Part shown: positions 31,901 through 38,606 of the stretch, in pieces
How the letters are laid out: each line of letters begins with the position of its first letter
Numbering within the stretch: the first letter of the stretch is position 1
Assembly (NCBI GenBank): GCA_030603365.1
Contig: JAUVXV010000007.1
Span: 32,001-96,000 of the forward strand
DNA from: Candidatus Heimdallarchaeota archaeon
GTDB taxonomy: Archaea > Asgardarchaeota > Heimdallarchaeia > Heimdallarchaeales > Heimdallarchaeaceae
Direction of reading: 5' to 3'
Length of the DNA: 64,000 bases
Program-made: the position numbers and the translations under genes
Notes under the pieces: model-generated
What the model was told of the DNA's origin: nothing
Database searches by the model: none
The model's input: the letters and a program-made list of their open reading frames with translations, nothing else

Positions 31901-33286
31901 AAATTTATTCTTCTGGATACATCAGGTGAGGGAACATCTCCAAACATCAATATCTTCTACTATAATTTCACAATAAGGATTAAGGGTAATCTGCTTTTGC
32001 ATGAATTCTCTCAAAGCATCACTTATGGTGATGATTTTCTGCTTAATATCACCCTAAATGATGATCTAAACAGTACATCTCAAGAAATAACGGAAATAAT
32101 AATCAATGGGCAGAATCTTGATACTGAAAGTTTTGTCCAACAAATATATTCAGCAATTGATAACTCTGTTCTAATTATAATTTCTGCTCAAAACATAAAT
32201 ATCTATCCTACGACAAAAGGCAGTCTTTCATTACAAATCTATGCTGCTTCTGCTTACTATTTCGATGATTTGAATAGCTCAGATGAGATAAATCTTGAGG
32301 TTAACCCTATTATTGTTAATCTACAAATTTATGTTTCAAATTATTCAATCATTGAAAATAATAATGTAATATTTGATGTTTATCTTTCTGAACCAAATGG
32401 GGATCCATTGGTTAATGCTAGAATTTTAATTTATATTGAAATCACTTTTGTAGATGTAATAGATACTTCGTTGGTTTATGCACTTTCATATAATGATTCA
32501 TATTTCACAAATGAAGCAGGATATGTAGGAATACCTTTTGAGATGACTGAAGACATCGATTTTATAACAGCAAGAATCGTTTATGAAGGTGATGATACTC
32601 ACGATTTTATTGAACAAATAATAGCAGATCCAATCTATACTATCCCTCCACTAGGTCTTCCAAAATATATTATCTATATTATTATTGCTAGCTCTATTGG
32701 TCTAGCTGTTATTGCTTCTTATATTGTATATCGTATTGTGAGAAAGAAATCTATTGAGAAAGCTATGGCTGAAATAGATGAACAAACTATTTTACAGAAT
32801 TTAGATAGAATTAATCCTGGAGTAGTTTTATGTATTTTTGAACAAACAAGAGGTGCCATGCCCTTAGTTAGAGAAGATTCTTTAGAAACAGAATACTTAT
32901 CTAGAATGACTATAGGCGTTGATAATTTCTTATTGAAGATTTCTGATCAAGCTTATTCGAGTTTGGGTTTTGGTGAGGCTGTTCATGAAAGTAGAAGAAT
33001 TGGAACTATAATCCTCCCAAAAGAGAAAATGGCTGGGTTTATTCATGGTCTCCAACTTGAAATCGAATCAGCAAGAGGTGGACTTGAGAACTTAGTATTG
33101 GTAGTTCTTGTAGATGCCGATCATGATGAAATGATTTTGGCTAACAAACATCTTCTATATGATCTAATTGATGTCTTAAGAGAAATGCTACACGAGGAGA
33201 AAGCATTAAATGAAATTAGAGCACAGCTTGTAGAAATTCGAAAACAAACTGTTAGAATAATATTAGCTGCTCTTGAATTAGAATAA
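28907..33286 (+). CDS. Large single-pass surface protein: Ig-like repeat ectodomain, TM, cytoplasmic longin/uDENN-like domain
   Basis: Signal anchor, repeated Y.WD...G.H.L.I.A.D..GN......F..D...P units, many N-x-S/T sites, TM YIIYIIIASSIGLAVIASYIVY, then about 180 aa with GVVLCIFEQTRGAMP...FIHGLQLEIESARGG. Confidence 0.82.
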   Translation: MNNKFKDLFVLLLCLSSIYYFNIINEPLNNENYNINLEDQLCNLPIAENPEDDFWIDNPYSIKQTLEPGDFQLRGFFVHDSFVTLNQDGTVFVLERFEDMYEDGSGAVKKKLEIDNTKVSTWPSQNDTYKYLNEEISPFTNSTMFTSIFNADSLITGEVHVLTHLKSGGYDPQINVTLKVSLAFFNPIDSNTTEIASLETAIEVGLSELNQTVFNLELNNTYFIPAGYRLKLSFKAKVSDTTLRADVEILTSERGDFPYTWEIVDGIYSNNFTFLDYNKVLGMQIRYMDVEYPDIFISGVTNDSFYYEVMNITIGTTGSIRNSYNWDNGSTIFFGTSSITILLPDTEGWHYLYVTAKDEYDNLRGVLYKFGYDPTFADLILNSPTNGSIISLDSIIDFSASGLHNFRYEWDNNGTITELLTPYDISSIPVSDGLHILSIYINDTFEETKVNFAFFVDNSGPLIELYNVIDGSTQPAGKVIEVNITDIRPLSYVQYNWDDKSDLAWTPSEGTIFKTYLPESLGIHNLTIFANDSYGFTSAAYFSFDVDPDQILIELRTMKDNSYYYGGDIVEVTVSGINGSIFFSWDGGPEINGTDFWDSVNSILTLNGTNALSIDYTYVHYLNITSFDKDDVKYSVVFTFTLDQENPTEEGSNVSDLNGTRHKSSESLVFLFDDNFTTDSNLIILVSIDGNTNQTLSSQYTLDLYLLTEGEYNLTIYVSDIAGNYFIISIIIFVDDSAPVVDSLDIDNFADLIDGSKYVPANIHVEISLTDEDPLIYSYYSWNNSAFILFVDSFDLVSDEGLSTLVIKVNDSAGNFYIAFSQNVIVDIEAPIINFVFPYNYSIINSDTNLNFLAQDIKDQTIETLKYTWDILPGADFYIGDPEFTINALEFYNHDSIAILSIHAEDIVGNIKLYNFSFTIDKEAPIAEIQIYDYLSDSYIPIFDANNSYVSESSDIIINDVSSDIKSFIYIWDENGTEFVLESPWVFPAITLTGTHSIKFILLDTSGEGTSPNINIFYYNFTIRIKGNLLLHEFSQSITYGDDFLLNITLNDDLNSTSQEITEIIINGQNLDTESFVQQIYSAIDNSVLIIISAQNINIYPTTKGSLSLQIYAASAYYFDDLNSSDEINLEVNPIIVNLQIYVSNYSIIENNNVIFDVYLSEPNGDPLVNARILIYIEITFVDVIDTSLVYALSYNDSYFTNEAGYVGIPFEMTEDIDFITARIVYEGDDTHDFIEQIIADPIYTIPPLGLPKYIIYIIIASSIGLAVIASYIVYRIVRKKSIEKAMAEIDEQTILQNLDRINPGVVLCIFEQTRGAMPLVREDSLETEYLSRMTIGVDNFLLKISDQAYSSLGFGEAVHESRRIGTIILPKEKMAGFIHGLQLEIESARGGLENLVLVVLVDADHDEMILANKHLLYDLIDVLREMLHEEKALNEIRAQLVEIRKQTVRIILAALELE

Positions 33287-33524
33287 AATTAGGTTAAGTA
33301 CTCTATATTTGTCTTCCAATATTTTGTTATATATGCAATAACACACAGTTTACACCGTCCTGAATATGGAAAAGAAACGCAGATAAGAAAAGTGGATAAC
33401 ATCCAACAAGTAGAATAAAATGAATAAAGTTAAAGAATTCGAAACAACGGGAATTTTTGCCAAATGTGACACATTTATTAACATGTATGAGTTAATAATA
33501 CATGAGTGATGTAACCTGACCGAT

Positions 33525-33944
33525 ATGACCAACGAGAAAAAGAAAGTAATTCGTTCAAAAGCGAGGCGTTTTGCGCTAGATCTATGGGATGCTCCGCTTG
33601 ATTCAGGTCTAGGTCTTTATCAATCAACTATCGGTGATTTATATGAAGGGTCATCACGAATCAGAATGTGCCTTAAGTGTGGTAAAATCAATTCTATTCA
33701 AGATCTAAAAAAAGAAACTCATTCTTGTGCCCTTTCCTTTAAAAGCTTTCCAGTCTTAGTTACCACAAGTTGGAAATTACTAGCAGACTTCTTTTTAACT
33801 TCTAAATATGTTGAAGCATTACAACAGCTCGGTGTTGAATTGGGTGTTCGTGAGAAAGCAACTATTACTGTTAAGGCTGAACTCAAAGTACCTATATCTA
33901 TTACTGAACAAGAATTAGCTGATGCATCTGTATCTAGTAGGTAG
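33525..33944 (+). CDS. Hypothetical protein with possible Zn site (CLKC...HSC)
   Basis: 139-aa ORF with plausible composition; CxxC plus HxC. Confidence 0.6.
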   Translation: MTNEKKKVIRSKARRFALDLWDAPLDSGLGLYQSTIGDLYEGSSRIRMCLKCGKINSIQDLKKETHSCALSFKSFPVLVTTSWKLLADFFLTSKYVEALQQLGVELGVREKATITVKAELKVPISITEQELADASVSSR

Positions 33945-34136
33945 AATTTAAATCAATTTCTTACTATTTTTTAGACTGTTTTTTGTAAAATTTTACTAAA
34001 AATATCTTTACCTTCTTGAAATTCTTCCGACATCTTCGGCCATATTTACCTCTATTTATTCTACAACTAACAATACCCGTATGTGTATTAAAACGCACTC
34101 TCGCACCAGATTAACCCTTATTTCCACCAAATAAAG

Positions 34137-34208
34137 ATGTCTGATTGTTTCAGACAATTCTTTCTTCTAAAAATGACTTTATAAAGGATGTCGGAGTTAT
34201 TCAGACAT
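34137..34208 (+). promoter_or_regulatory. TATA box bracketed by two palindromic operator-like sites
   Basis: ATGTCTGA-ttgtt-TCAGACAA (34137-34157), TTTATAAA (34178-34185), ATGTCGGA-gttat-TCAGACAT (34188-34208). Confidence 0.7.
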
Positions 34209-34235
34209 AGGAAAAAAAACCGAGGTAGAAAAAAA

Positions 34236-34415
34236 ATGGAAAACGAAATACGAAAACTGCTTGACCGCGATTACAGAAAACTCTGCGAAGATCTAAATCA
34301 ACTGTATAAGGTTCTTGCAACCAGATACCAGGAAAACCATAGCTATCTTCAACCAAAGATAGCATCTTCTTCCAGGTTTTCAGAACTAGAAATGAAAAGA
34401 AAATATTCAAGGTGA
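34236..34415 (+). CDS. Small helical protein (59 aa), first of a microprotein operon
   Basis: GAGGT SD before ATG 34236; MENEIRKLLDRDYRKLCEDLNQLYKVLATRY... Confidence 0.6.
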   Translation: MENEIRKLLDRDYRKLCEDLNQLYKVLATRYQENHSYLQPKIASSSRFSELEMKRKYSR

Positions 34416-34421
34416 ACAAAA

Positions 34422-34571
34422 ATGTCCCAACAAGAACTCTCCAGAACACTGGACCAAGAAATCAAGGCACTCCAAAAGGAGTTAAACGAGTTGAAAAAAG
34501 CTCGTCGCGCCCTTCGAGCAAAAGTACGCTCACAAAAGTTGTTAGTTCAGCGCATCCCCCTTGTGGGATGA
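34422..34571 (+). CDS. Small basic coiled-coil protein (49 aa)
   Basis: AGGTGA SD overlapping the previous stop; MSQQELSRTLDQEIKALQKELNELKKARRALRAKVRSQKLLVQRIPLVG with heptad leucines. Below the ORF-track cutoff. Confidence 0.65.
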   Translation: MSQQELSRTLDQEIKALQKELNELKKARRALRAKVRSQKLLVQRIPLVG

Positions 34572-34622
34572 ACTGAACAATCAATCCCTTTCATCAAAAT
34601 TGAAACGGAGGTGTAAAAGAAA

Positions 34623-34775
34623 ATGTTAAATCTTCCAAACTTTATCAACAAGCTAAAAGTAGAACAACCAAATGTCTATCTGTTTAGAATACTAAGAATA
34701 GTATTACCCCTTTTAGTAGCTGGAATAGTAGCAGTAGTTGGTTTAGCTCCTGAATTTGCCAGAATAGTTATTTAA
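34623..34775 (+). CDS. Small single-TM peptide (50 aa)
   Basis: GGAGGTG SD; MLNLPNFINKLKVEQPNVYLFRILRIVLPLLVAGIVAVVGLAPEFARIVI. Confidence 0.65.
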   Translation: MLNLPNFINKLKVEQPNVYLFRILRIVLPLLVAGIVAVVGLAPEFARIVI

Positions 34776-34781
34776 GAGTTA

Positions 34782-34802
34782 GAAAAGTGTCCCCCACTTT
34801 TC
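34782..34802 (+). terminator. Hairpin followed by a pyrimidine/T-rich tract after the microprotein operon
   Basis: GAAAAGTG-tcccc-CACTTTTC then ctctccctttattatttt. Confidence 0.55.
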
Positions 34803-34848
34803 CTCTCCCTTTATTATTTTACGATTATCATCTCATCTAAGAACTCAC

Positions 34849-35095
34849 GCTGTTTGTATCTTGCTAAAACAGACAAACCAGCAGAGCTCACTATCTGCAA
34901 GGGATCAGGAAACAACAAACTCCTTAGAAAAGAGCTTGTGTGTGCCTTCCTAGTTTCCTGATCCTTCCCTCTTCTTTAAACAACTAATTTTTATTTGAAT
35001 GTTGGAATAATTTCTAAAGCAACTGTTTCCATCTTCGAATTTGTTCTTCCCAGTTGTTTCTCGGAAGGTTGATAATTCCAAAATCTAGTTGTTTA
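34849..35095. ncRNA. Candidate structured RNA or hairpin element (unassigned)
   Basis: 12-bp stem GGATCAGGAAAC (34902-13)/GTTTCCTGATCC (34953-64); second nested hairpin TAAACAACTA (34977-86)/TAGTTGTTTA (35086-95), TTGGAAT/ATTCCAA, CAACTG/CAGTTG; smaller GCAGA/TCTGC hairpin. Confidence 0.4.
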
Positions 35096-35186
35096 TTCAT
35101 ATCTCACTTATTTCTAAGAAATTTATTAGCTTATTCTAGGGATGTTGGGCAATACTATTATAAACATCAAAAACAATTACTAGTTT

Positions 35187-37247
35187 GTGAATATTGAAAG
35201 ATTAATAGATCATTCTGAAATAACAGAAGCTCTCAAGCAAATAGAGGAACAGCTAGAGAATGATAAACTTACTGAAGAAGAGCAATTAGATCTACTAATT
35301 TTTAAGAGCGATGCTACATGTTTGAGTGGAAAATGTGAAAAAGGATTAGAACAGTCTATCGATTTAGTTAATAAAACACGAAGAATTGGCAACTCGTTGC
35401 TTGAAATAAAAGCTTCACTCCAAAGAGCAACTATATTGAACAGATTAAGAAGATATGATGAATCTAAAACTATTTTGGAGGAGACATTTTTACTTTTTCA
35501 GAATCTAGCAAACAAAGATGAGGAGGAATATAAAAAGAACTTAGCTAAATGGTATTCACTGAATGGTGTATACTTACATCTTCAGAAACAGTATAATGAT
35601 GGTTTAGAAGAATATGAAGAAAGTCTTCAAATACGAAGGGAAATTGATTATAAACATGGCATTGCTGAGATTTTAGTTGCTAAAGGACATTCTTATCTGA
35701 AAAAATTGGATTTTGAAAGATATCGAGAGCTTAATGAAGAAGCATATGAAATTTTCAAATCAGAAGACAATAAGAGGATGATGGGTGTTGCTTTGATAAA
35801 TATAGGAAATTCTCACATCTATAAAGGAGATATGCACACTGCAATCAAAATAAATCTAGAAGTATTAGAAATTCGAAAACAAATGGGAAAACAAACAAAT
35901 CTGTTTTATACTAATGATCGATTAGGATACCAGTACTGGAGGATTGGAGATCTAGATAAAGCATTTGAGCATTGGAAGGAAGGTTATGCTTTAACTAAGG
36001 ACATGAAGGATGAAAGAGGTATTTATAGTAGTTTTAAGAGCTTTGGGCTATATTACTATGAGTTGGGAAATCTCGAAAAGTCATTAGAGTATCAATATAA
36101 AGCACTAGAAAAGGCAAGAGAGATAAATATTAAACGTGATGTAACTTACGCTATTGCTGAAAGATTAACAGTAATTGGATATATTTATCTAAGAATGGGT
36201 GAATATGAAAAAGCTCTGGCAAGTATTGAGAAAGGAAAAACCAACATACCTGAGAAATATCATGATTTTATAAGAGCTGAGAACACTAAAGCTTTTGGTA
36301 TTTATTATACAACAGTTGGAGATTTTGAGAAGGCAGAAAAATTTCTTAATGAAGCTATGAAATTTTATGAAACAAGCCAACGACCTTATGATATCTATGA
36401 AGTATTACATTATCTAGGAATAGTATTTCATCAGAGAAATGAAACTAACAAGGCAATTTCTGTCTTGAAAAGAAGTTTAGAAATGAGTCTTCAAATGCAA
36501 GATAAAGTAACAATAGCAACAAATCTTCTAGAATTAACAAAGATATATACTCAGCAGTTCGATCTAGAGAATGCTAGATTTTACCAATTACAACTCTCTG
36601 AATTAAGCTCTAGTATTCAGTTAGCAACTATAAGTCTAAACAGTAAGATTGCTGAAGCAACAGTCCTGAAATTAAGTGAAAACCAGAGAGATAGAATAAA
36701 ATCAGAGACCATTTTTGAACAGATTATAGAAGAAAAAGCTTTATGGCATTCTCAGAAAATTTATGCAATACTATGTCTTTGTGAACTCTTTATTGAAGAC
36801 TTCTCTCATGAGGAGGACAAAGGAATTCTACTCAGAATTAAAGAACTCGTTGAGAAACTTCTCACCATCTCAAAAAGCCAGAATTCACCATCCTTAACGT
36901 GTGAAACATATTGGTTGCAATCTCAATTATCGATGTTCGATTTTGATTCTAAAACAGCAAGGGAATTATTAACAAATGCCTTAGAACTAGCACAAAAAAG
37001 AGGTTTAACCCTTCTAGAAGATAAATATAAATCTAAACTTGAAACATTAAGTAGTTTTGTCGCAAGCTGGAAAAACTTCACTTCTAAAACTGCTTCAGTT
37101 TCTGAAATAATAGAACAAACAGAACTAGATAGTACCATAAACGGAATGAAGAGAAATGGATCTCTATTCATGCAAGAACTACACAAACATACAAGCAATA
37201 GCAAAAAGATTTTTTCGACGGAATTAGAATTGAAACAGAGTCATTAA
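35187..37247 (+). CDS. TPR-array protein (paralog lacking the C-terminal longin-like domain)
   Basis: Numerous TPR units; shared block LTCETYWLQSQLS...ARELLTNALELAQKRGL. Confidence 0.82.
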   Translation: MNIERLIDHSEITEALKQIEEQLENDKLTEEEQLDLLIFKSDATCLSGKCEKGLEQSIDLVNKTRRIGNSLLEIKASLQRATILNRLRRYDESKTILEETFLLFQNLANKDEEEYKKNLAKWYSLNGVYLHLQKQYNDGLEEYEESLQIRREIDYKHGIAEILVAKGHSYLKKLDFERYRELNEEAYEIFKSEDNKRMMGVALINIGNSHIYKGDMHTAIKINLEVLEIRKQMGKQTNLFYTNDRLGYQYWRIGDLDKAFEHWKEGYALTKDMKDERGIYSSFKSFGLYYYELGNLEKSLEYQYKALEKAREINIKRDVTYAIAERLTVIGYIYLRMGEYEKALASIEKGKTNIPEKYHDFIRAENTKAFGIYYTTVGDFEKAEKFLNEAMKFYETSQRPYDIYEVLHYLGIVFHQRNETNKAISVLKRSLEMSLQMQDKVTIATNLLELTKIYTQQFDLENARFYQLQLSELSSSIQLATISLNSKIAEATVLKLSENQRDRIKSETIFEQIIEEKALWHSQKIYAILCLCELFIEDFSHEEDKGILLRIKELVEKLLTISKSQNSPSLTCETYWLQSQLSMFDFDSKTARELLTNALELAQKRGLTLLEDKYKSKLETLSSFVASWKNFTSKTASVSEIIEQTELDSTINGMKRNGSLFMQELHKHTSNSKKIFSTELELKQSH

Positions 37248-37250
37248 TAT

Positions 37251-38087
37251 TCACAAATCTTTCCAAACTCCATTAAAGACTATATATTTTCTTTTTAACA
37301 CAAAACCCAATGAATTAGCTATTCTAATACTTGCGATATTATCTTTTCTACAATGCCAATCAATTGTATAGATATTTTTATCTAAGCAATAGTCAATTGT
37401 AGCAGCTGTAAGAATTTTGGCTAAACCTTTTTTTCGATGTTTTTCAAATGTTACAACACCCAATTCACATTTTGTTCTCTTTTCATCTATATAATTACAA
37501 AAAACAACACTAGCAATTTCTTTATCATCATGAATAACACTAAAACCGAACCCTCGTTGCAGGTATTTCTCAGCTGTATCCCAAATAGATTGCATCCAAG
37601 AGGGGAGCAGACTATAATTTATCATATCGTTTCTCTTAACAAGTCTTTCATCAATTGGGACTATAGTATATCCTTCAGGAATACTTTTTTGCCAATCTAC
37701 GAATTCAGCTGATTTCAAGACGTAATAGTGATTTTGTTCTTCCTCCAGATCAGTGAATATTGTGAAGATTTTCTTCTTCCAATTCTGATCACAAATAACG
37801 CGAAATGATTTTCCGCCATATTTCTCAGAATATTTCTTAAGTAATATTTTAGAAATGAAATCCTTTAATTCTAAATTAAATTCATCATTCTTCTCATTTC
37901 CTGCAAGATAGAAGCATCTACAAGAAGTAAATAGCAAAGCAATTGTAGGTTTTTCTATATCATTTGCATAAAGTTCTCCAAACAAATTACCTTCAAAGAA
38001 AGAAACGACATTTAGATTAAAATTTTCAAGATATTCAAATAGGTAGCGTGCAGAACTAATCTTCTCTTTTTCTATTTGAAATATCAT
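37251..38087 (-). CDS. GNAT family acetyltransferase
   Basis: CELGVVTFEKHRKKGLAK, WHCRKDNIASIRIANSLGF. Confidence 0.88.
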   Translation of the reverse strand: MIFQIEKEKISSARYLFEYLENFNLNVVSFFEGNLFGELYANDIEKPTIALLFTSCRCFYLAGNEKNDEFNLELKDFISKILLKKYSEKYGGKSFRVICDQNWKKKIFTIFTDLEEEQNHYYVLKSAEFVDWQKSIPEGYTIVPIDERLVKRNDMINYSLLPSWMQSIWDTAEKYLQRGFGFSVIHDDKEIASVVFCNYIDEKRTKCELGVVTFEKHRKKGLAKILTAATIDYCLDKNIYTIDWHCRKDNIASIRIANSLGFVLKRKYIVFNGVWKDL

Positions 38088-38182
38088 ATTAGAGCTCTCT
38101 ATTAAATGAATTTAAAGTTTATTCAAGATAATTCAGTTTTTTGAGAGAACTCTTTATAAATTTACACTACTAAGTACTGTTT

Positions 38183-38533
38183 ATGAGTGTCAATGAATTT
38201 TTCCTTGAGTTTCATGCTATAGATTCAAGAATTAAGAGTGGAAAGTATAAAAGTAGTGATAAACCTTACCAGGAATTTGCTCTGAATATGTTTAAACAAG
38301 CTGACTGCCAGTCCTTAACTTTAGATGATTCTATTAAAGCTGTTGAACTGCTCAATGATCTAAATGTCAAATTACACCAAGAATTCTTAGAATTAGGGGA
38401 AGGACATTGGTTATCTTCTGTTGCTGAGTATAAGACTCTACAAGATCAAGAGATATTGGTTTTTGTACTATATCCGATTGGAATCTCAGACTCAACTGAA
38501 GAACCGAAAATTTGTTTAGTAGAGATACCTTGA
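38183..38533 (+). CDS. Hypothetical protein
   Basis: 116-aa ORF about 25 nt downstream of a TTTATAAA box; no motif recognised. Confidence 0.6.
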   Translation: MSVNEFFLEFHAIDSRIKSGKYKSSDKPYQEFALNMFKQADCQSLTLDDSIKAVELLNDLNVKLHQEFLELGEGHWLSSVAEYKTLQDQEILVFVLYPIGISDSTEEPKICLVEIP

Positions 38534-38606
38534 GCACAAAAAACATCATATTAGCAACAAGTTTTATATTGATGATTGAAGTATCTTTTTTTTACGGGGT
38601 ATAAGA

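Noticed and set aside
34188-34235. ORF-track start at 34188 and antisense ORF 34201-34449
   Set aside because: The 34188 ATG lies within the operator palindrome just after the TATA box; the SD-supported start is 34236. The antisense ORF mirrors the sense ORFs.
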